A DNA stretch of 64,000 nucleotides from Capsulimonas sp. (GTDB lineage Bacteria > Armatimonadota > Armatimonadia > Armatimonadales > Capsulimonadaceae). This document shows positions 18,799 to 28,958 of the stretch, piece by piece. The stretch lies in NCBI RefSeq assembly GCF_039928515.1, contig NZ_JBDSSZ010000114.1; one strand, written 5' to 3'. Numbering within the stretch: the stretch's first letter is position 1; each line of letters starts with the position of its first letter. The notes beneath the pieces were generated by a model. It saw nothing but the letters and a program-made list of their open reading frames with translations. It did no database searches and was not told the origin of the DNA. The translations under genes and the position numbers were made by a program.

Positions 18799-19610
18799 TG
18801 CCTGAAATGTTTAAGATGCTGGATGCATCCGGTTATGAAACGGAACCGTTCGACCGAGGCGCTCTTATTACGTACGCTCGTCAAGGGATCGTTCAGCCAA
18901 CGACGCCAATATTGGAGATCACGACGGGGAGCTGGAAACCAGCGTCCGAGCTTATTCGGCTCTGGAGCGACAGTCATATGCCGCAGCCGTCAAAGTCGCA
19001 ATTGGGTGCAAGCAGCGGATTGTCTGGCCGTACACTCGCGTTAACGATCATCGCTGGGGCAGCGTTGGCGATTGCTGGGGGCTTCCTCGTGCTCAAATTT
19101 CGAGCGCGGCCCGCGCCCGCCCCGCAGCAAACGAGTACAAATCAACCGCAAACCGTGATGACGGCGGATGGACGGTATGCTGTCATCGTGCCTTCCAATT
19201 GGGTTCAGCGAAAAACGAAGCGTCCTGGTGGAGTTGAGTATACGAGTGGTCATCGTCACAGCGGCTTCGGTATGGCTCAAGTGTCTCAGGCCGTACTGAC
19301 ACCAACGGATTTTGCCACATACGTGGATGGTACGATCCGCGAGTCGTCGAATGCGACTGGCATGAACCCCATCGGCGCTCCAAAGCCTATCACAGTGAAT
19401 GGATTTTCGGGGCTTCAGCAAGATGTCCGCAAGGGCAGCTTAGTAGACAATACAAAAATTCGTACGTCGGTACTGCAAACTCCATACGGAATTTATTCAA
19501 TTATGACATTCGTGGACAGTAACTCAAATTTCAGTCTGGACGAATTGGATACGATTCCCAAGTCTTTTCGCCCCATGGCGACGGGCGCCGCCGCTCCATC
19601 GCCCCAATAG
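18795..19610 (+). CDS. Bitopic membrane protein: GYF_2/DUF4339-like N-domain, TM helix, PsbP/DcrB-like extracytoplasmic domain
   Basis: PFDRGALITYARQGIVQPTT...W; TM; QTVMTADGRYAVIVPSNW. Confidence 0.6.
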   Translation: MMPEMFKMLDASGYETEPFDRGALITYARQGIVQPTTPILEITTGSWKPASELIRLWSDSHMPQPSKSQLGASSGLSGRTLALTIIAGAALAIAGGFLVLKFRARPAPAPQQTSTNQPQTVMTADGRYAVIVPSNWVQRKTKRPGGVEYTSGHRHSGFGMAQVSQAVLTPTDFATYVDGTIRESSNATGMNPIGAPKPITVNGFSGLQQDVRKGSLVDNTKIRTSVLQTPYGIYSIMTFVDSNSNFSLDELDTIPKSFRPMATGAAAPSPQ

Positions 19611-19641
19611 TGATGAGGCAAAAGAATATGGTTTCTCACGG

Positions 19642-20499
19642 ATGAATAGTATGTTCAAGATGATTGACGCCGCCGGCGTGGAGTCGGCGCCGTTCGATAG
19701 CGATACTCTGATCTCATACGCCCGGCAGGGAATTATCCTGCCGGCGACGATGATCTTGGATATCGCCGCCGGCCGCTGGGCGCCGGCCGGGGAACACTCT
19801 CTGCTCGGCGGCGCGCCGCCGGCATCCGCCTCGGGCGCAATTCCTCCGCCGACGGCGGGCTCGCTGGGAAACTACGTTCCTTACGTGCCGAACCCACAGG
19901 CCGCACGCGCGAGCTCATGGCCGAAAATCGTGGGTCTCCTTGCGGCCCTAGGGGTGCTTGCATTCATGGGTCTGATCGCCGCCGGTTTCTGGTTAGCAGA
20001 TAAGGAAGGCGGCTCCGCGAAGTCTGAGACGCAAACTGTCATGACCGATGATGGGCGATATGCAATAACATTGCCCACAAGCTGGATACGATGGAAGACG
20101 GATGATAAAGCGACCATCGCGTATATCGATGTCACGTCCGGCAACAGCGTCACCATGAACAGTCTCGACGATAACGGTACGGATACTACGGATCTCCGGT
20201 TGCTGATGGACAATGTCGTACGGCTGGAAGCCAAGACTACGCAGGACACGCCTATCGGCAAACCGATTTCCATCAAAGTCGGAGGGCTGCCCGCCTACCA
20301 GCAGGATATGACGGACTCTTCCGGCTCAAAAGATTTACAGACACGGATTACTCTCATTGGCGCGCCTAAATCTGCTTATATGATCATGACGATCGGCAAT
20401 ACGGCGGCGACCGGCGCGGACGCTCCCGCAGTGAACACCGTCGTCAGCACCTTTCGCAAAGTAACGTCGCCAATCAAGGCTCCCCCCACCAAGGCGTAA
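19642..20499 (+). CDS. Paralog of the preceding bitopic protein
   Basis: MFKMIDAAG...PFD..LISYARQGII.P; QTVMTDDGRYAITLPTSW. Confidence 0.6.
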   Translation: MNSMFKMIDAAGVESAPFDSDTLISYARQGIILPATMILDIAAGRWAPAGEHSLLGGAPPASASGAIPPPTAGSLGNYVPYVPNPQAARASSWPKIVGLLAALGVLAFMGLIAAGFWLADKEGGSAKSETQTVMTDDGRYAITLPTSWIRWKTDDKATIAYIDVTSGNSVTMNSLDDNGTDTTDLRLLMDNVVRLEAKTTQDTPIGKPISIKVGGLPAYQQDMTDSSGSKDLQTRITLIGAPKSAYMIMTIGNTAATGADAPAVNTVVSTFRKVTSPIKAPPTKA

Positions 20500-20531
20500 C
20501 ATCACAGCGCTTTGAGAGACATGAAATACGA

Positions 20532-20810
20532 ATGAAGCTTTTGGAATCACTGGGCGGCGATCTTAAGCATCCCGGGTGGATGTATCTCAAAGCCGCCCTC
20601 TTCTTAATCGCCGGGGTCGCGACGACCTTCGCGATCTTCATCCAGATCCCATCGCTGCAAAATGCGTTTTTGCTGGCGATCGGGATCTGGTCGTTTTGCC
20701 GCCTCTACTACTTCTGCTTCTACGTCATCGAAAAGTACATCGATCCCTCATTTCGATTCGCCGGCCTTTGGTCCGTAGTCGTCTATCTCCTGAAACGTAA
20801 ACCTCGTTAG
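20532..20810 (+). CDS. Small conserved membrane protein
   Basis: 92 aa; DLK.P.W.YLK...IWSFCRLYYF.FYVIEKY.DP...FAGL. Confidence 0.65.
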   Translation: MKLLESLGGDLKHPGWMYLKAALFLIAGVATTFAIFIQIPSLQNAFLLAIGIWSFCRLYYFCFYVIEKYIDPSFRFAGLWSVVVYLLKRKPR

Positions 20811-20914
20811 CAAGACTTGGACAGAAAAAGGTACTATAGCCGCAGCAGAGACGGTCGTGAACGCAATGCTTAACGATCGGCTTGATACTCTTGTCGTTTT
20901 AGAAGGACGGTTGA

Positions 20915-21433
20915 ATGCTGCCCCAGGAAACGGATCGCTTATTGCTCCGGCCGTTCAAAACCGCCGATTTCGACGAGATGCACCATATTCTTTCCGACGC
21001 CAAAACGATGCAGTTCTGGCCCGCTCCCTTTTCCGAGGAAGCGACCCGGGACTGGGTGGAGAACAACATCTCACGCTACGCCGATGACGGCTGCGGGCGG
21101 ATGGCGATCGTTCAAAAACAGACCGGCGTTCTTGTCGGCCACTGCGGCATTGCGCGAATTGAAGTCAATGGCGTCCTGGAAAATGATCTCGGCTACATCG
21201 TCCATCACGCTTTTTGGAATCGCGGCTACGCCTCCGAGGCGGCCGCCGCGCATCTGGATTTCGGCCTGCGTGATCTCCATCTCGGGCGTGTGATCGCGAA
21301 CATGCCGGTAAGCCATTGCGCATCCCGGCGCGTCGCCGAGAAGATCGGAATGCTCTACGCCGGCGAGTTCCTCAACCCGCGCAATCGCATGATCCCTACC
21401 TGTCTTTACGCCGCCACCCAGCCGCCCGCTTAA
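20915..21433 (+). CDS. GNAT N-acetyltransferase (RimJ/RimL family)
   Basis: ETDRLLLRPF, LGY...FWNRGYASEAA, SRRVAEKIGM. Confidence 0.9.
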   Translation: MLPQETDRLLLRPFKTADFDEMHHILSDAKTMQFWPAPFSEEATRDWVENNISRYADDGCGRMAIVQKQTGVLVGHCGIARIEVNGVLENDLGYIVHHAFWNRGYASEAAAAHLDFGLRDLHLGRVIANMPVSHCASRRVAEKIGMLYAGEFLNPRNRMIPTCLYAATQPPA

Positions 21434-21443
21434 GCAGGCCCGT

Positions 21444-22013
21444 TCACGTTCGGCCCCGGCTTTGCCCGGTCGCCACGCCGCCCGCGATCAAATGCGCCGT
21501 GCGCAGCGGCTCCGGAATGACGCCATGGACCGCGAACCGACCAATCACCGCCCCCGCCTCCTCCAGAGAAATACCCGAACGCTGAACCCAAACACCCGCC
21601 ACCGGCTCCATCGCGCCCGCCTTCTCGATCAGCTTCCACTTGCGCTCGCCGCCGGCAACGCGCGTCAATAACGCCGCCTTCATCGCATCCATGCGCGGCA
21701 GACGCCGCGCCACGACCAGCACCGGGACGCCAAGCCGCTCGCTCAGATCGTGAATATCCAGCACATTGAAACCGCCTAGAGCGATTCCTTGCAGCAGCAC
21801 CAATTGAATGGAACTTCCGTACTTCGAGCCCTTGACCAGTTCGGCGATACGGTCCGTGGAGTTGGCGCCGTCGCGGCGCACGCGTCCGCCAAGCACACCC
21901 TCCAGCCGCGATCCCGAATAGACCGCCCCAACGATCGGCACATCGCCGCGCGTGGAGTGCGCGAACGGAAAATCATCGAACCCGACAACATAGGAAAACG
22001 AAGACGACATCAT
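21444..22013 (-). CDS. DUF99 family (endonuclease dU-like) protein
   Basis: VGFDD.PF, DG.NST, QGIALGGFNV.D, IPEPLR.AHLIA. Confidence 0.85.
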   Translation of the reverse strand: MMSSSFSYVVGFDDFPFAHSTRGDVPIVGAVYSGSRLEGVLGGRVRRDGANSTDRIAELVKGSKYGSSIQLVLLQGIALGGFNVLDIHDLSERLGVPVLVVARRLPRMDAMKAALLTRVAGGERKWKLIEKAGAMEPVAGVWVQRSGISLEEAGAVIGRFAVHGVIPEPLRTAHLIAGGVATGQSRGRT

Positions 22014-22058
22014 GCCTGCATAGTACCTGGGTAAGCTCCTCGGCGGCCCTAAAGTCGT

Positions 22059-23509
<1,451 letters not shown>

Positions 23510-23805
23510 TGTTTTCTCCTTATGTGCTGTCTTGGCCGATTAGCGATTGACCATCTTGGTGGTTCCTGAGATAAGAACGATCTATGGCTTCTGCGCGAGG
23601 ATCCACGCAATCGGGACTTCGATATTCGCGATTGTATAAAATTCCACGCAGTTCCAATCAGAAAGTGATTGTTTCGCATATCTATACTTATTTTACACGG
23701 TACCGAAGACGATGCAATAGAACATTCCTCGGGAATCATTGTCTGATTCTACAAACTCTCTTGAAAAAGCGACGGCGTCAGGAGGAGCATGTTATAATAG
23801 ATTTC

Positions 23806-24765
23806 ATGAAAGACGTCTATTCAAACCAGATCGAAGGGGCGGAGGCGGGAGACGAGCTGCGGGAGAAAGTCAACCGGGCGGAGCTGGTCGACCGTATCGC
23901 GCGGGCGGCGCCAAGCAACGGGACTGTCGAGCCGGTGAAGGGCCTGCACCTGAACCGAGCGTCCGTAGTCACGGAGCCGCATCATAGCGTAACTTATCCT
24001 TCCTTTTGCGTCATCGCTCAAGGCTCCAAGGAAATTCTACTTGGTGAGGAGCGCTACCGATACGATCCTTACAAGTATCTTCTCGCCACGGTTGAACTGC
24101 CCGCCGTCAGCTATCTCGTGGAAGCGTCGCCCGAAAAGCCTTACTTGAGTTTGCGACTGGACCTCGATCCGGCGATAGTCGCTTCTGTTATGCTCGAAGC
24201 CAGGATGCCGTCGCCCCGAAGGGATGTCGGCAGCGTGCGCGCCATCAACGTCAGCCCACTGAACTCGAACCTTCTCGACGCGGCTGTCCGGCTCGTGCGG
24301 CTGACGGACGCGCCGCCGGCCGAAGGGCGCGTTCTGCTGCCGCTGGTCACCCGCGAGATCGTGTTCCGATTGCTTGCCGGCGATCAGGGCGCGCGCCTGC
24401 GGCATATCGCCGTTCTTGGGGGGCATACGGACCGGATCGCCCGCGCGATCGAGCGCCTGCGCAATGATTTCGACAAGCCGCTCCGGATCGAAAGCCTGGC
24501 GCACGATCTGGGGATGAGCGCCTCGGGCTTCCACGAGCATTTCAAGGCCGTGACCGCCATGAGCCCATTGCAGTTCCAGAAGAACCTGCGGCTTCAGGAA
24601 GCGCGCCGCCTGCTGCTCGGCGAGGATCTGGACGCCGCATCCATCGCTTACCGGGTCGGCTATGAAGATACTTCACACTTCAGTCGGGAATACAAACGAC
24701 ATTTTGGTTCTCCGCCAATGCGCGATGTCGCGCGCCTGCGGGCGGCCGCAAAGATCGGCGCTTAA
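23806..24765 (+). CDS. AraC family regulator (YqhC-like, AraC_N domain), divergent from the cupin-AKR operon
   Basis: CVIAQGSKE, FKAVTAMSPLQFQKNLRLQEAR, VGYE..SHFSREYKR; start uncertain (ORF open from 23584). Confidence 0.9.
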   Translation: MKDVYSNQIEGAEAGDELREKVNRAELVDRIARAAPSNGTVEPVKGLHLNRASVVTEPHHSVTYPSFCVIAQGSKEILLGEERYRYDPYKYLLATVELPAVSYLVEASPEKPYLSLRLDLDPAIVASVMLEARMPSPRRDVGSVRAINVSPLNSNLLDAAVRLVRLTDAPPAEGRVLLPLVTREIVFRLLAGDQGARLRHIAVLGGHTDRIARAIERLRNDFDKPLRIESLAHDLGMSASGFHEHFKAVTAMSPLQFQKNLRLQEARRLLLGEDLDAASIAYRVGYEDTSHFSREYKRHFGSPPMRDVARLRAAAKIGA

Positions 24766-24788
24766 CGACTGGGAAGGAAGATGAGACG

Positions 24789-25472
24789 TTGATTGGGAAA
24801 CGATGGATTGCAATCGCGCTCGGCGGCGGGACCGCCCTGCTGGCGGTTATGTGTGGCGGTAAGATCGCTCATCAGGAGAAATTCCACGCCGAGACGCCCC
24901 TATCCCATGCCCCAGCCGTGGAGCCGGCCGCGAAATTGACCGGCTTCCAGCAGCTTGTTATGACTGACCTGGACCGTCAGTGCGCGTCGAACATTGTTTA
25001 TCAAGACGGCTATTTTTCCGGCGGCGAACCGCCGCCGAAGATCGGCGTCTGTACCGATGTCGTTATCCGGTCCTACCGCGCGGCCGGCGTGGATTTGCAG
25101 AGCCAAGTGGCGGCGGACATCCGAAGTCATCCCAAACTCTATCATATCGACAAACCCGATCCCAACATCGATCATCGCCGCTGCCGCAATCTCACAATCT
25201 TCTTCAAGCGCCACGCGCTCACGCTGCCGGCGTCTGGCCCAAACGCTGACTGGAAGCCCGGCGACATCGTGTTCTGGGACACGGCCGGCGACGGCCACGT
25301 GGATCATGTCGGCGTGATCGCGAACCATCTCGATACCAATGGCGACCCGACCGTCACTCACCATTGGCCCGGGCAGATCGTATCGGAAACGGATTGGCTG
25401 TATCGATTGCCTACGGCGAGTCATTACCGCTGGAAAGCGAATGACGCCAGTGTGGCCCATCGTCCGGTATAA
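24789..25472 (+). CDS. DUF1287 (YijF-like) protein
   Basis: GVCTDVVIRSYR..GVDLQ, DPNIDHRR, PGDIVFW, HVGV. Confidence 0.85.
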   Translation: MIGKRWIAIALGGGTALLAVMCGGKIAHQEKFHAETPLSHAPAVEPAAKLTGFQQLVMTDLDRQCASNIVYQDGYFSGGEPPPKIGVCTDVVIRSYRAAGVDLQSQVAADIRSHPKLYHIDKPDPNIDHRRCRNLTIFFKRHALTLPASGPNADWKPGDIVFWDTAGDGHVDHVGVIANHLDTNGDPTVTHHWPGQIVSETDWLYRLPTASHYRWKANDASVAHRPV

Positions 25473-25476
25473 TTGA

Positions 25477-26415
25477 TTGCTCACTCGCTATCAAACTATT
25501 CTCGCACGAGGCGTTATGATCTCTCGAATATTCATGCCAGCGATTCTCGCTCTCTCACTGATTCCCATTTGCGCGACGCAAGCGGGCGCGGCGAAAATTC
25601 CGTGGCAGCCCAATTGGAATAGCGCCGTCACACAGGGCCAGCGCAGCCACCGATTGATCCTGGTGGATTTTTATACGGACTGGTGCGGATGGTGCAAAAA
25701 GATGGATGCGGATGTCTATCCGAATCCCGCCGTTGCGCAGGCAATGACACAGTATGTCCCGCTCCGACTGAACGCCGAGCAGAATGGCGCGGCGCTCGCC
25801 AGACGCTATAAAGTCCATGGCTATCCCACCATCATGGTGCTGGACGAATCGGGGAACGTCGTCGATCGGTTCGCGGGCTATATGAAACCGGCCGATTTTG
25901 CCGAATGGCTGGGCGATACCGTTCATAACCACGCCGCCGCATCCAAAGAACGCCCGACGACACAAATGTCGCGCATCCACGAAACGACAAAGTTCATTCC
26001 CAGCCACCAGGGTGACCCCATTGAGGCTGCCCCTACCCTGGCGCTGGCGCAAAAGTATCTGGATCGCGGCGATGTTGTTGGAGCGGGACGGATCGCGGTT
26101 AAAGTCGCCCATAACGGCGGCTCAATCCCCGCCGCGTTTTACGGAAAACTCGGCGACGCCGCGCTGCAAGACAAAAAACTGGACGCTGCCTGGGGCTGGC
26201 GCCAGATGGAGATAAAGTCCGCAAAGTCGCCGGACGAAAAAGCCTATGCGCAATTGCAGTCAGCCCGCGTGGAGCTCACGCTCGGTTCGATCACACAGGC
26301 AACGACGCACTTGAAGTCACTGACGCAAAACGACACCACTTCCGACACGATCAAATCCCAGGCGCAAGCCCTGCTGGACGAAATCGACGCCCCGGAAGCC
26401 AAGAACGTGCGCTGA
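25477..26415 (+). CDS. Exported thioredoxin-family protein with helical (TPR-like) C-terminus
   Basis: VDFYTDWCGWCKKM, GYPT; signal peptide. Confidence 0.85.
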   Translation: MLTRYQTILARGVMISRIFMPAILALSLIPICATQAGAAKIPWQPNWNSAVTQGQRSHRLILVDFYTDWCGWCKKMDADVYPNPAVAQAMTQYVPLRLNAEQNGAALARRYKVHGYPTIMVLDESGNVVDRFAGYMKPADFAEWLGDTVHNHAAASKERPTTQMSRIHETTKFIPSHQGDPIEAAPTLALAQKYLDRGDVVGAGRIAVKVAHNGGSIPAAFYGKLGDAALQDKKLDAAWGWRQMEIKSAKSPDEKAYAQLQSARVELTLGSITQATTHLKSLTQNDTTSDTIKSQAQALLDEIDAPEAKNVR

Positions 26416-26650
26416 AGGCCGACGCGGGTGAAGACGGCGATGCTGTCTTCACCCACGATTGAGAAATCGACTTCCCGGCGAAGTCAGGTATAATAAGGCC
26501 CACGTACTCGGCGCCCGCCGCCCGAGGCGAAGTCGCCGCTGCCCGCCGCCTCTGCTGGCTCCACGTCCGGTAACGATTTCGCCACTGCGGGTGTTATACA
26601 AGAAGTGGAGAAGTCGCGCCGATGGCGCGCGGTAAGGACCAGCAACCTCA

Positions 26651-27559
26651 GTGATAAACTCGTATAGTTTGACTCATCTCAATGAATTGGAAGCGGAGTC
26701 GATTTACGTCATCCGCGAAGTCGCGGCGCAGTTCGAGCGGCCCGCGCTGCTGTTTTCGGGCGGCAAAGACTCGATCGTTCTCAGCCACCTGGCGCGCAAG
26801 GCGTTTGCCCCCGCCAAAGTCCCCTTCCCTTTGCTGCATATCGACACCGGCCATAACTTTCCCGAGACATTGGAGTACCGGGACGCGTGGGCTGAAAACA
26901 TCGGCGCGAAGCTGATCGTAAAGTACGTTCAGGATTCGATCGATTCCGGCCGCGTCGTGGAGGAAAAGGGCTTCAACGCCAGCCGCAACGCCCTCCAGAC
27001 GGTCACTCTGCTCGACGCCCTCGAAGAGCTGAAGATCGACGCCGCCCTCGGCGGCGCCCGCCGCGACGAAGAAAAGGCCCGCGCGAAGGAGCGCTTCTTC
27101 TCGCACCGCGACGAGTTCGGCCAGTGGGATCCCAAGAACCAGCGCCCCGAGCTTTGGAACCTCTTCAATGGCAAAAAGCACATCGGCGAGCACTTCCGCG
27201 TCTTCCCCATCAGCAACTGGACCGAGATGGATGTCTGGCAGTATCTCTATCAAGAGAAGATCGAGCTTCCCAGCCTCTACTTCACCCATCAGCGCCAGAT
27301 GATCGCGCGCGACGGACAGCTCCTTTATGCCTCCGACGCGCTGAACAAGCGGCCCGAGGAAGTTCCTGTCGAGTATCAGGTTCGCTTCCGCACAATCGGC
27401 GACATGACCTGCACCGGCGCCGTGCTTTCCCCGGCGAACTCCATGGAGGAGATCATCCAGGAAGTGGCGGCCTCGCGGGTCACCGAGCGCGGCACGCGAT
27501 CCGACGACAAGCGATCCGAGGCGGCGATGGAAGATCGCAAAAAGCAGGGCTATTTCTAA
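26651..27559 (+). CDS. cysD: Sulfate adenylyltransferase subunit 2
   Basis: LEAESIYVIRE, FSGGKDS, GGARRDEEKARAKER, AAMEDRKKQGYF. Confidence 0.97.
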   Translation: MINSYSLTHLNELEAESIYVIREVAAQFERPALLFSGGKDSIVLSHLARKAFAPAKVPFPLLHIDTGHNFPETLEYRDAWAENIGAKLIVKYVQDSIDSGRVVEEKGFNASRNALQTVTLLDALEELKIDAALGGARRDEEKARAKERFFSHRDEFGQWDPKNQRPELWNLFNGKKHIGEHFRVFPISNWTEMDVWQYLYQEKIELPSLYFTHQRQMIARDGQLLYASDALNKRPEEVPVEYQVRFRTIGDMTCTGAVLSPANSMEEIIQEVAASRVTERGTRSDDKRSEAAMEDRKKQGYF

Positions 27560-27582
27560 CGAGTTTGCAAAGATTTTAAGAC

Positions 27583-28875
27583 ATGAATGAAGTATTAGAG
27601 CCAGAATTTACCAGCGCCGGCTACCTCGATATGGAACTGCTGCGCTTCACGACGGCGGGCAGTGTCGACGACGGCAAGAGCACCCTCATCGGCCGCTTGC
27701 TGTACGACAGCAAGTCGATCTTCGACGATCAGTACGACGCGATTAAAGAGTCCAGCGAGAAGCGCGGCGAGGAGTATGTCAACCTCGCGCTGCTCACCGA
27801 CGGCCTGCGCGCCGAGCGCGAGCAGGGCATTACGATCGACGTCGCCTATCGCTACTTCGCCACGCCCAAGCGCAAGTTTATCATCGCAGATACGCCCGGA
27901 CACATCCAGTACACCCGTAATATGGTGACGGGCGCGTCCACGGCGAACCTCGCGATCATCTTGATCGATGCCCGCAAAGGCGTGATCGAGCAGACCTGCC
28001 GCCACACGATTATCGCCTCTCTGCTGCGCATTCCTCATGTTGTGGTCTGCGTCAACAAGATGGACCTGGTCGAGTACAAGCAAGAAGTGTTTGAAAGCAT
28101 TCGGCGCGATTTCGAGGCGTTTGCCTCACACCTGGAAGTCACGGACCTGCACTTTATCCCGATCAGCGCTTTAAACGGCGATAACGTCGTGGATCGCTCC
28201 AAAAATATGGACTGGTATGACGGATCGACGCTGCTGTCGGTGCTGGAGACCACGCACATTAGCAGCGACCATAACCATCTCGACGCGCGCTTTCCCGTGC
28301 AGTACGTAATTCGCCCCCAATCTACCGAGCATCATGATTATCGAGGCTACGCCGGCCGCATCGCCGGCGGCGTCTTCAAGCCGGGCGACGCCGTGACCGT
28401 GCAGCCGTCGGGATTCACCTCGCGTGTCAAGTCCGTCGATACATTCACGGAATCGCTTTCGGAGGCGTTCGCGCCGATGTCGGTGACGCTCACCCTGGAA
28501 GATGAGATCGATATCAGCCGGGGCGACACAATCGTTGGCCTATCCGAATCCCAGCCGCAAGTCTCGCAGGACTTGGAGATCATGATCTGCTGGCTGAACG
28601 AACGAAAGCTGGCCCTGAACGGCAAGTACACGATCAAACATACGACGCGCGAAGCCCGCTGCATCGTCAAAGACATCCAGTACAAGCTCAACATCAGCAA
28701 CATGGAGCGGATCACCGATGACAACGATGTCAATATGAACGACATCGCCCGCATCACCCTCCGCACCACCCAGCCGCTCGTGTTCGACAAATACGCGCGC
28801 AATCGCATCACCGGCAGCGTTATTCTCATTGACGAAGCCACCAATACTACGGTCGGCGCCGGCATGATCGTATAA
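27583..28875 (+). CDS. cysN: Sulfate adenylyltransferase subunit 1 (GTPase)
   Basis: AGSVDDGKSTLIGRLL, AEREQGITIDVAYRYF, DTPGH, NKMD, NTTVGAGMI. Confidence 0.97.
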   Translation: MNEVLEPEFTSAGYLDMELLRFTTAGSVDDGKSTLIGRLLYDSKSIFDDQYDAIKESSEKRGEEYVNLALLTDGLRAEREQGITIDVAYRYFATPKRKFIIADTPGHIQYTRNMVTGASTANLAIILIDARKGVIEQTCRHTIIASLLRIPHVVVCVNKMDLVEYKQEVFESIRRDFEAFASHLEVTDLHFIPISALNGDNVVDRSKNMDWYDGSTLLSVLETTHISSDHNHLDARFPVQYVIRPQSTEHHDYRGYAGRIAGGVFKPGDAVTVQPSGFTSRVKSVDTFTESLSEAFAPMSVTLTLEDEIDISRGDTIVGLSESQPQVSQDLEIMICWLNERKLALNGKYTIKHTTREARCIVKDIQYKLNISNMERITDDNDVNMNDIARITLRTTQPLVFDKYARNRITGSVILIDEATNTTVGAGMIV

Positions 28876-28904
28876 CGACATTTCTCTCTTGACTTGAGTC
28901 CACG

Positions 28905-28933
28905 CGCCTCGTCCTCACGGGCGAGGCGTTTTT
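28905..28933 (+). terminator. Intrinsic terminator of cysDN
   Basis: CGCCTCGTCC-tcac-GGGCGAGGCG followed by TTTTT. Confidence 0.6.
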
Positions 28934-28958
28934 GCTGCCAGCGTCTCCAATTTGATGA

